Source of the DNA: Candidatus Muiribacteriota bacterium
GTDB taxonomy: Bacteria; Muiribacteriota; Muiribacteriia; Muiribacteriales; Muiribacteriaceae
Assembly (NCBI GenBank): GCA_051747805.1
Contig: JBNJGP010000023.1
Location: 1-34,075 of the forward strand
Direction of reading: 5' to 3'
DNA length: 34,075 nt
The notes under the pieces were generated by a model. The model had not been told where the DNA came from, searched no databases, and saw only the letters and a list, made by a program, of their open reading frames with translations. Position 1 is the first letter of the stretch, and each line of letters opens with the position of its first letter. The translations under genes and the position numbers were made by a program. Positions 9,243 through 17,551 of the stretch are shown piece by piece.

Positions 9243-10982
9243 CTAATTCTGATATCTTGCAACACCAGCAACTACCGGATAGTATGACCTTTCAACAGGT
9301 CTTTTTAAAACATTTGCACCATTTGAGGAATTATCTATTGCCCACCATTTACCATAAGAATCCTGCTCAACTATTACCCCAATATGCGAAGAACGTGAGT
9401 TGCGATTGCTGCGCCAGTAAACAATATCCCCAGCCTCCATCTGATCATTTGAAGGAAATCTTATATCTGAATATCCATTTCTTGGAAGCATTTCTTCTAA
9501 ACCTTCTGTGCCGCCTCCCTTTCTTGATACAAGAAGAATAAACTGATCAAATGTACCGGCGTGATTTAATATAGCGCTAACTACAGCAGCACATGCATAT
9601 CTTGCACCCTGTGTTGTTGAAGTATAAACCTGTTTTCCATATAATCTTCCGTTGCTGACAGCACCTTCAGCCCCAAGAGCAGCCTCAAGAATTCTTTCTG
9701 CACCAGGACCACCAGAAATCGGCTCGGTAGATGTAGATGTAGTTTCAGAAGAAGTGCTGGCCGACGAGGTTGAAGTAGCTGAGGCTGTAGAACTTGTTCC
9801 ACCTGAAGCAGCGCTTCCAATTGAAAAACCGGAGCCTTCATCAGTAAATCCCTCAATAGCCGGAAAACCGGAAAATAGTTCGCCTAAACCCGCAAATGGG
9901 TTTTCTTCACCGAAAAACATCTCAGAAAAAATACTTATAATTGCTGTAGCTGTTTCAAAGAAACTTAATACACCAGAGAGAAAACCACCAGGAGAAGTAT
10001 TTTCCCCGTCATGATCGATATTTATATCAATATCACTCATCTCATTTTTTAACAAATCCAGCATTAAGTTCATATGAACTTTTCTATCTTCCTCAATAAC
10101 TCTTGGCTCCTCCTCGTTCATTGTCTTAGAATAATAAACAAGGTCATGAATAATATGCCCGTCAACAAGTTCATCCTCATCTTCTGAGTGCATATTTGTA
10201 TGAGGAACAAGTACATCTTCAATAATTTCATAATTATTATTTATATTATCATTTGTTCTTAAATTCGTTCTTGCCTCTGATACAACCGGAGAAGCTTCCA
10301 ACATATTATTTATTGTAGAAACACCCTCATCAAAAGAATCAAATAAAGCATTAATCTGAGCTCCGGCATCATGATTTCTTAAATCCCCGGAACTAAGATG
10401 TTCACGGGCTGTATTAACAACAGAAGCAATATGTCTTGCCTCATAGCCTTTTGATTTATCAGCCACATACTCGGCAATTGAATCAATTACACGGGTATCA
10501 CCACTTCGCAAACCATTTTTTATCTTTTCTTCAATAATTTCAACTTTATCTTTTATATTATTGTAATTCTCATTTGGCTTTATCTGTATTTGCTGAGCGC
10601 TTGTAAGTCTTTCAATAACATTCCCTAAATGGGTAGTAGCTGTTTCAAGCTGAAAATTCTTATCAATTTTTTCATCAAGAAGTTCATGCACATGGTTTTT
10701 TTCACCCTCACCAGTTCTTGTAATAACGGCAAGTGCAGCCTCGACAACATCCTCATCAAGATAATTATTACCATCAAGATATTCAGAAATTTTATCGAAT
10801 TGATTATTAGAATTAATCCCAGGAATATGCTGTCTTAAAATACCCGGAATCGACCCATCATAACCTCTTTCATCTTCACCAGTTGTTCCTTTAAAGGTTT
10901 GAGTACCTGTTCTTAAAGATTCCGCAGAAACTAACATAATCATTAAAATAATAAGTAAAACAGACAGAGTTTTTTTATTCAT
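9243..10982 (-). CDS. Secreted protein with C-terminal NlpC/P60/CHAP-like (amidase) domain
   Basis: Signal peptide MNKKTLSVLLIILMIMLVSA, a Ser/Thr-rich linker, then CAAVVSAIL (Cys), AGDIVYW and SHIGVIV (His). GGGGAGG SD. Confidence 0.75.
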   Translation of the reverse strand: MNKKTLSVLLIILMIMLVSAESLRTGTQTFKGTTGEDERGYDGSIPGILRQHIPGINSNNQFDKISEYLDGNNYLDEDVVEAALAVITRTGEGEKNHVHELLDEKIDKNFQLETATTHLGNVIERLTSAQQIQIKPNENYNNIKDKVEIIEEKIKNGLRSGDTRVIDSIAEYVADKSKGYEARHIASVVNTAREHLSSGDLRNHDAGAQINALFDSFDEGVSTINNMLEASPVVSEARTNLRTNDNINNNYEIIEDVLVPHTNMHSEDEDELVDGHIIHDLVYYSKTMNEEEPRVIEEDRKVHMNLMLDLLKNEMSDIDINIDHDGENTSPGGFLSGVLSFFETATAIISIFSEMFFGEENPFAGLGELFSGFPAIEGFTDEGSGFSIGSAASGGTSSTASATSTSSASTSSETTSTSTEPISGGPGAERILEAALGAEGAVSNGRLYGKQVYTSTTQGARYACAAVVSAILNHAGTFDQFILLVSRKGGGTEGLEEMLPRNGYSDIRFPSNDQMEAGDIVYWRSNRNSRSSHIGVIVEQDSYGKWWAIDNSSNGANVLKRPVERSYYPVVAGVARYQN

Positions 10983-11153
10983 AAATCCTCCCCTTAATCT
11001 AAAGTAATTTAATATTTTTTATATTTCCCTACGTTAATTATAAGCTATTGCGGATATTCATGCCACAATTTATTCTATTTTAATTTTATTTAATTTTTAA
11101 TAATATACTGCTTTTTCTTGATAATTTTTCTTAAAAACCATAATATTGAAAAC

Positions 11154-13760
11154 ATGAAAAATTTTAAAATTGAAAAAGTTTTTGGCCGCGATTTTGAAAT
11201 AAAACTGATTAGTGAAAACCTTTCTAATTATTCCTTTTTTTACATCACAGGGGGCAGAGGAATCGGGAAGACCACCATTTCTCATCAAATATATCTTAAT
11301 CTCTTAAAAATTAAAAAATATAATTTATTATGGTACGATTCAAGAGATTTTGAAAGCTTTAATTCAATTTTAAAAGATTTAACAAAAAAACTTAATTTAG
11401 ATAAAAAAGCTTCGGGTAGAGATATTATTAAAAAAGTTGATAATAAAAAAATAATACTTTTTATTGACCATTTTGATATTTACAATAATAAAGATAATCA
11501 AAAATTAATAAACGCCTTTATAGATGAATTTAATAAATCAAAAATTTTTATTTTTTCAAGAAATTCTCTTGAGCTTCCCCCAGTTAAATTAACCCGGATT
11601 TTTTATTTAGAGCTTAAAACATTAACACATAAATCCTCTAATGAACTTATAAACCATATTTTTTTTGTACATTCTTTTTACTCTTTTTCAAAAGATATTT
11701 TTAATTATATATTTAGAAAGAGTGGCGGAAATCCGTTTTTAATAAAACTTATTATTGGTCATTTTCTTAACTCCCGTTTAAGTTTTAACGATTTCATGAA
11801 CGAATATAATCTTAATAAAATATTAAAGCGAGAGTTAACTCAAAATCTGAATATTAACAAAAATAAAAACCTGCAGAAACTTATTAATATTTTTTGTCTT
11901 ATAAATATCAAAGTTGATTTTAATTTTCTTAAAAAATTCGGGCAACAGAATTTTAATAAAGAGCTAGAAATTTTAAAAGAAAACTCTGTTATAACTATTG
12001 AAAATAATCATCGAATTGTTTTTAATCCGGTTTATAAAGACTTGTTCTGTAATGACATTCCAGAAGATACCAAATTAAAATTACATAATAAATTAGGTGA
12101 TTTTTTTCAAAACAAGGAAAAAAACTCTCTTTATAATCTGGAGGCTTTTTATCAGTATTCTCAAGGTTTAAATTACGAGAATGCAATTGATGTTATACTT
12201 AATAATACCCATATAATCAATTCACTCGGGGAATATTCTGATAAATTCAAAGTATGTTTTGATAAAATATGGAGCTGGCAGAAAAAATATAAATATCAAC
12301 AAATCTTAAGAGAAAAAATACGGCTTGATATTTTCTTTAATAAGTCTGATAATGAAACTCTCAAGCTCCTTAAAAAATTAAATAACTCATATCAGAATAT
12401 GATTTTCAAGGCTGGAGTTTATCATTCAATTCGCAAACTAGATGAAAGCATAGAATTGTGCAAAAATTTAATTTCAAAAAATAAAAGTAAACTAACTGCA
12501 TTATATACTATTGTTCAATGTTTGCTTGATCAGGGAAAACTGCTTCAGGCTGCTGAATACTGCAGAAAGGGAGTTAAAGCTACTGAAGAGGCGGCCAGTG
12601 ATAAAAACAAATCAAAACATCCAGACACTATTAACCTGAGTTATGGGATGTTTATACAACTTATGGGATATATTCATCTGAGAATGCTTAAAACAGATGA
12701 AGCCTGTGAGAATTTTGACGAGGCGGTTTCTTATTATAAAAAGGCAGATAATATGTTTAATGTTGCCGGAGCCTATTTAGCAAAAGGTTCGGCATTACTT
12801 CTTGCCAAAAAACATAAAGAAAGTATTTTTAATTATATAAAAAGTATTAAATTTTTTAAAAAAAGAGAATATCCCACTATTACTGAAATTAGACTGGAGT
12901 ACATTATTGATTTTTATATGGATAAAAACCTGTTTAAATCCATCAGATTTTTAAAAGAATTTTTCAACTACTGTCTGAACGAAGATAAAACTTTAACTGG
13001 TAATTACTATCATCTGAAAGGTCTTATTGAAATGAGGGAGGGAAAAATCGATGAGGCTGTCAACTCTTTTTACAATGGATTTTCTGCTTTTGACAAAGAA
13101 AACATGGATTACAACGCTAATTATTCCTATGTTTATTATTTAATATGTAAAAAAATTAACAACTCTATGGAAGAAGATATAACTTCCCTTGAAAATTTTT
13201 TCAACCACGCAGAAATATTACCTCTACTTGGACTTTTATACTATATATCAGGATTTAAATATAAAAATAAACTTTCAGAAACTATAAATAAAATGACTAT
13301 TTCACAGAAAAAAATTTATGATTATAATATTTCATTAATTCAAAAGAGCCTTTATATAAAAGAAAATCAGAATAAAGTTCAGGTTATCAGAAACGGGGAA
13401 TTACAATCAATGCATATGAACGCTGTTAAAGAAATAAGAAATCAAAAAAATAAATATAAAATATTTGTTGATTTTATTAATAAAGAGGCCCTTGTGGAAG
13501 GTTTTGAGGTTAATTTCTTTGGTAAAAGTATTTTTGAAAACATTCTTATAAGTTTATTATCAAATAAAGATTTTGCCCTGGAAAGAAGTCAATTATACTA
13601 CATGGCCTGGGGAAATAATAATATAGATTTAAATAAAATACGGGTTAATATTTCTGGTTTAAAAAAACTTTTTGGAGATATTTTTCATTATGCTCGTCAG
13701 ACAAAAACCTATTCAGTAAAAAAAAGTGTGAATATGTGCGTTATTTTAAAGCAATCCTAA
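11154..13760 (+). CDS. STAND-class NTPase with TPR repeats and C-terminal winged-helix DNA-binding-like domain
   Basis: FGRDFE, Walker A GGRGIGKTT, Walker B IILFIDHFD, GGNPFLIKL (GxP motif), TPR-like helices and a C-terminal LERSQLYYMAWG...IRVNISGLKK (OmpR-type wHTH pattern). The ATG at 11154 is preferred over the TTG at 11118. Confidence 0.8.
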   Translation: MKNFKIEKVFGRDFEIKLISENLSNYSFFYITGGRGIGKTTISHQIYLNLLKIKKYNLLWYDSRDFESFNSILKDLTKKLNLDKKASGRDIIKKVDNKKIILFIDHFDIYNNKDNQKLINAFIDEFNKSKIFIFSRNSLELPPVKLTRIFYLELKTLTHKSSNELINHIFFVHSFYSFSKDIFNYIFRKSGGNPFLIKLIIGHFLNSRLSFNDFMNEYNLNKILKRELTQNLNINKNKNLQKLINIFCLINIKVDFNFLKKFGQQNFNKELEILKENSVITIENNHRIVFNPVYKDLFCNDIPEDTKLKLHNKLGDFFQNKEKNSLYNLEAFYQYSQGLNYENAIDVILNNTHIINSLGEYSDKFKVCFDKIWSWQKKYKYQQILREKIRLDIFFNKSDNETLKLLKKLNNSYQNMIFKAGVYHSIRKLDESIELCKNLISKNKSKLTALYTIVQCLLDQGKLLQAAEYCRKGVKATEEAASDKNKSKHPDTINLSYGMFIQLMGYIHLRMLKTDEACENFDEAVSYYKKADNMFNVAGAYLAKGSALLLAKKHKESIFNYIKSIKFFKKREYPTITEIRLEYIIDFYMDKNLFKSIRFLKEFFNYCLNEDKTLTGNYYHLKGLIEMREGKIDEAVNSFYNGFSAFDKENMDYNANYSYVYYLICKKINNSMEEDITSLENFFNHAEILPLLGLLYYISGFKYKNKLSETINKMTISQKKIYDYNISLIQKSLYIKENQNKVQVIRNGELQSMHMNAVKEIRNQKNKYKIFVDFINKEALVEGFEVNFFGKSIFENILISLLSNKDFALERSQLYYMAWGNNNIDLNKIRVNISGLKKLFGDIFHYARQTKTYSVKKSVNMCVILKQS

Positions 13761-13761
13761 T

Positions 13762-15054
13762 TTACTGAAACTCTGTATGAAGTTCTTTAATTTTAATCTT
13801 ATTTGAAAAATCAAGTGGAGTTACGTTTAAACTCTGTGTATCGCTGTCATAATATATTAATTCCAGCTTTCTATTCTTGTTTAAATCCCCAATTTTATAA
13901 AACTCTGCCAGAGGAAAATCGCCAAGCATTCCCATAGAAACACCTTTGTCAAGCATATTACCGTCAATATCATAAACTTTTAAAAAATATTCGCTTCCGT
14001 CAAGAGCCGCCACAAGAATTTCACTCTCTCCATCGCCATCTGTATCCAGCAACATAGGCTTCCCAATAATTTTCCTTGGATCATCATTATCAGGAATAAA
14101 CCCGGATCCGGCCGAAACAGGCCAACCATCTATATCGTTCCCCTCAAGGTCTTTAACAAAAATACTTCCTTGATTGGTTGTAAGAATTATTTCTTTTGTT
14201 CCATCATTTGTTATATCCAGACAGGCTGGGGGCGATACACATCTTTCGTTTATTGAAAATTCTGCAATAGACTCCCCTTTATAGTTAAAAACATGAAAAT
14301 CCTGAGTAGTAGAAAAAGAAGAACCCACTATTATTTCTCTATAGCTGTCACCATTAATATCACAGGCTGAAATATCAAAAATACTCTGATTTTCCGGTGA
14401 ATCTATTTCAACAGGAAATCCATCAACTGAATTAAAATTTTTATCCAGAACCTCTACCACACCGTGATTAGTACGGTAAATAATTTCATCATAACCGTCA
14501 AGGTTTATATCTGCATTAATTGCATTAGAGGAAATACCATATGGATAATTTTTTGAAAAAATTTCATTCCCATTAAAATCAAGTACTGAAAACATTCCCT
14601 TATCATTATCTTTTGTGGTTAAAGAAACATAAATATGTTCATAAATATTATTTGCAACAGGGGCTTTAACATAAATAAATGAGTACTCTTTCTCCCACTG
14701 CTCATTGGCATTTTTATCCAGAGAATATATTTTACATGTATTATCAGATTGAGTATTTTCCCCATAAATTAAAAATTTTTCTTCATTTTTTATATAATAA
14801 TTAACAGTATTATAGACTAAATCCCCGAAATTTGCCGGCCATAATCCCATATTAACCTCGATGCCATCTATATCAAAAAGACGAATAGCGCCGACTTCTC
14901 TAACAGAGGGAATTATTATTTCATAAACACCATCATTATCTAAGTCCAGCAGAAGCGGATTAGAAAGGGTTGTTCCAACATCCACGTCAAACTCAACAGA
15001 AAAACAAAAAAATTGCATAATAAACATAAAAAAAATTAAAAGTTTTAATTTCAT
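13762..15054 (-). CDS. Secreted FG-GAP/VCBS-repeat (beta-propeller) protein
   Basis: Signal peptide plus repeated Ca-binding motifs DLDNDGVYEII, DINLDGYDEII, DINGDSYREII, DITNDGTKEII and DTDGDGESEIL, with GWPV/GFPV turns. Confidence 0.85.
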   Translation of the reverse strand: MKLKLLIFFMFIMQFFCFSVEFDVDVGTTLSNPLLLDLDNDGVYEIIIPSVREVGAIRLFDIDGIEVNMGLWPANFGDLVYNTVNYYIKNEEKFLIYGENTQSDNTCKIYSLDKNANEQWEKEYSFIYVKAPVANNIYEHIYVSLTTKDNDKGMFSVLDFNGNEIFSKNYPYGISSNAINADINLDGYDEIIYRTNHGVVEVLDKNFNSVDGFPVEIDSPENQSIFDISACDINGDSYREIIVGSSFSTTQDFHVFNYKGESIAEFSINERCVSPPACLDITNDGTKEIILTTNQGSIFVKDLEGNDIDGWPVSAGSGFIPDNDDPRKIIGKPMLLDTDGDGESEILVAALDGSEYFLKVYDIDGNMLDKGVSMGMLGDFPLAEFYKIGDLNKNRKLELIYYDSDTQSLNVTPLDFSNKIKIKELHTEFQ

Positions 15055-15515
15055 TGAAAATATTCCACCTTATCGATTTCTAAAATAGATTTACTCTCTA
15101 AAACAGTTTTAAACTTTGCACATTCAGCCTTAATAATAATTTCATAATAATTTCTCTCCCCTCTTGAGGCTCCTCTTTTCCATAAATCAAAAGAATTCTG
15201 TTCAGCGTTTAAATCATATAATTCTATACTAATAATAGATATTTCACCCTCATCATGCTCAATATCCTGAGGCAGCTCCATAGTTTCATGAAAATTGTAA
15301 TTACCCTCATATAAATTCTCATAAATGATTTTTTTAGTATAATTCAACCCTGTTTGAGTAAGTTTTTCTGCAGAAACAAGACCCATTTCACGGGTTATTG
15401 AATGTCCGGAAGCTGAAATTCTATTAAAAAAAAACATTGAAAAACCAAAAATTATAATAACAAAAACAGCAACAAAATATATAAGAAAACCTTTTTTATT
15501 AATTAAATTTAACAT
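15051..15515 (-). CDS. PilX/GspK-like minor pilin
   Basis: NKKG|FLIYFVAVFVIII class III signal-like N-terminus lacking Glu5, followed by SAEKLTQTGL (PilX-like helix). Confidence 0.6.
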   Translation of the reverse strand: MLNLINKKGFLIYFVAVFVIIIFGFSMFFFNRISASGHSITREMGLVSAEKLTQTGLNYTKKIIYENLYEGNYNFHETMELPQDIEHDEGEISIISIELYDLNAEQNSFDLWKRGASRGERNYYEIIIKAECAKFKTVLESKSILEIDKVEYFQ

Positions 15516-16059
15516 CAGTTGTCCTTTTATTAATTTTAAAATTTAAGTTCAGTGGTATTTCATAAGGAATATCTGAAATTTCAGATTCAAACTCAATAAT
15601 CCCCTCTAAAAGAAGGTGCCCGTCTTCAAACCGGAAAATTCCATTATTTAATCTATTTGAGTGAACATATTCTCTGCCATCACGTAACCTGTAAAAATTA
15701 TTATTTAAAATATAAAAAGAAACTTCTTCCTTATACCCATCTGGGAAAGAGTGGTTTATAAAGCTAACTCTTCCGTAACCATCGCCTTTGCTCTCTTCAA
15801 AAATAATTTTTGCTTTTTCTGTAATTTTTATACCATCATCAAGCTCTTCTTTTTTAGTCTGTAACTTTAAGTTATTAGTTGAAATATCTTTCCATATCAT
15901 AAATTTTTCAAACTCTGCATCATTAATTTTTTCCCCACTTTTTATATTGGCAATATTTGTAAAAAAAGTGTTGGCAACAACATTTATAACAAAAAAAGAA
16001 AGGCCTACAACTATCATTAACTCAACTATAGTAAGGGCTCTTTTTTCAGTAAACTTCAT
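15499..16059 (-). CDS. PilW/GspJ-like minor pilin
   Basis: The likely start is the ATG at 16059 (AGGAG SD), giving MKFTEKRA|LTIVELMIVVGL, a prepilin motif with Glu5. Confidence 0.72.
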   Translation of the reverse strand: MKFTEKRALTIVELMIVVGLSFFVINVVANTFFTNIANIKSGEKINDAEFEKFMIWKDISTNNLKLQTKKEELDDGIKITEKAKIIFEESKGDGYGRVSFINHSFPDGYKEEVSFYILNNNFYRLRDGREYVHSNRLNNGIFRFEDGHLLLEGIIEFESEISDIPYEIPLNLNFKINKRTTDVKFN

Positions 16060-16465
16060 TAAAAACTCCTGAACGTAAAATAATATAAGTTTCTCTGCTG
16101 TGTACATTCTGATATCTAAGCTCAAGCAGAACATGAGAAACGTTTTTATCATTTTCTACAATATTAACGCGAACCTTTCCATTATGCTCTTCTAAAAATT
16201 CTGTATCAAAAAGTAGTCCGTGTTTGTCATTAGAGTTAAATATTAATTCGCTGTTTAAATTTTCAGAAACAAATTTTTTTGAAGAAGCCCCCTCTAAAAT
16301 ATCACTTGCAACGGTCAATCCGGATAAATATAATCTGTTTTCACGTAATCTGCGGGTATTAATTGCGTTCATAGCAAAAATTGATGTAATTGCCAATGCC
16401 AGTATTACTAAAGCAACTAACACCTGTAAAAGAGTAAATCCTTTTTTAAATAAAATTTTGTGCAT
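16046..16465 (-). CDS. PilV/GspI-like minor pilin
   Basis: KKG|FTLLQVLVALVILALAITSI prepilin motif with Gln at +5; GAGG SD. Confidence 0.75.
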   Translation of the reverse strand: MHKILFKKGFTLLQVLVALVILALAITSIFAMNAINTRRLRENRLYLSGLTVASDILEGASSKKFVSENLNSELIFNSNDKHGLLFDTEFLEEHNGKVRVNIVENDKNVSHVLLELRYQNVHSRETYIILRSGVFNEVY

Positions 16466-16955
16466 TCATATACCTCAGTGCCATTCTTGCATTTCTGTTT
16501 AATTCATGTTCCGGGTGCATTTTTAAAAATTCATCAAAAAAAACCTTTGCAAACTGATAATCTCCTTGTAAATAATAAACCTGGGCCTTGAAAAAAAGCA
16601 ACCAGATAAGTTGTTCTGCGTTAGCTGTAGGTTCAATTTTTAAAATTAAATCTTCAGCTTCCTGAAATCTCTGTTCCTCTAAAAGAGACATAATGTTATC
16701 CAGAATTCCCGGAATCGCCTCTAAAGTATCATAATCTCTTTTATTAGCTGGAGGCTTTATATTTTCTTCCTCAACTTTAAACTGGCCAAAATCAATAATT
16801 TTTATTTTTTTGTCATCTGAAAACTGCACATGTGAAACAACATCATCACCCTGCATAACCTGAGCAGAATCCCCACGGCAAGTTCGAATCATAAGAAAAA
16901 AAATAAAGATTAAGCAGGCAGCAATAATTATATATAAATTTTTATTGAGTTCCAT
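16446..16955 (-). CDS. Membrane-anchored TPR protein
   Basis: N-terminal TM segment and a C-terminal TPR FFKAQVYYLQGDYQFAKVFFDEFLKMHPEH. Confidence 0.75.
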   Translation of the reverse strand: MELNKNLYIIIAACLIFIFFLMIRTCRGDSAQVMQGDDVVSHVQFSDDKKIKIIDFGQFKVEEENIKPPANKRDYDTLEAIPGILDNIMSLLEEQRFQEAEDLILKIEPTANAEQLIWLLFFKAQVYYLQGDYQFAKVFFDEFLKMHPEHELNRNARMALRYMNAQNFI

Positions 16956-17402
16956 ATTTTATATTATAACCGAATAGTAAAAAAAAAGAAATTTAATTTT
17001 TGTTAATAAATAATAAGAAAAGTTAAAATCATGTGAGAGGATAATAAATTATCCGTAAGAGGAACTAAAGTTAATAGTTGGTGACCAAAAAACCCCCACA
17101 CATACTTTAAAGCGAGATACCTGGTCGAGCCCGGTATTGTATAATAAAAATATAGCCAAAATATCGCCGGGGTGACAGCAATAGCATAGAAAAGGTATTT
17201 GCTTTTAATACAAAAGTTAAAATTAATTACGGAATAAAATCACAAAAAAATCTAAGAGCGTATATTCAGCATATTGACAGTACTTCAATATGTAAAATAA
17301 ACCCTGCAAAAGAAAAAATTCCTCTTTATAAAGCGGTTTTTTGGGATTTTTGAAGTGGTTGATTTTAACTTTAAAATCTTGATTTTTTTAAAAATTAATA
17401 AC

Positions 17403-17520
17403 TTGTTGCGATAGCAACAATAACTGCTCTTAAACGCAAGCAAAGCTTGCTCTCACACGAGTGAAACGAGTACTATTCGTGCTGAAAGCACTCTATTCGC
17501 TGATGAAATCAGCTCTCACA
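17403..17520. repeat. REP-like cassette of mini-hairpins, containing copy A (17433-17481) of a dispersed 49-bp repeat
   Basis: Hairpins TTGTTGC-GATA-GCAACAA, GCAAGC-AAA-GCTTGC, GTGCT-GAA-AGCAC and GCTGAT-GAA-ATCAGC, with recurring linkers TCTCACA (x2) and CTATTC (x2). Confidence 0.8.
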
Positions 17521-17551
17521 TCTAAAAGTTATACCTCAGGAATTTTACAAT

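Noticed and set aside
9257..10838. Short ORFs within the secreted hydrolase (9257-9541, 9581-9856, 9652-10014, 10629-10838)
   Set aside because: Antisense or alternate-frame shadows of a well-supported gene.
11049..11065. Sigma54 promoter (TGGCATGAATATCCGCA, minus strand)
   Set aside because: GG-GC spacing is 11 nt rather than the required 10.
11154..13760. Avs-type antiphage NLR
   Set aside because: There is no N-terminal nuclease, TIR, SIR2 or protease effector and no defence-island context. The C-terminal wHTH fits a regulator better, although defence is not excluded.
16947..16975. dif-like site near ftsK
   Set aside because: Only a loose resemblance to XerC/XerD arms, and it overlaps the TPR gene start codon.
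17019..17372. RNase P RNA, tmRNA, T-box or cobalamin riboswitch
   Set aside because: I found no GAGGAAAGUCC / ACAGAA..GGCUUA, no tRNA-like ends, and no T-box or B12-box consensus on either strand.
17455..17513. Hammerhead ribozyme (GAAA at 17463 and CTGATGA at 17500)
   Set aside because: A stem III-like helix can be drawn, but the cleavage triplet would be GUG, stem I and stem II do not pair, and CTGATGA is buried in its own hairpin.
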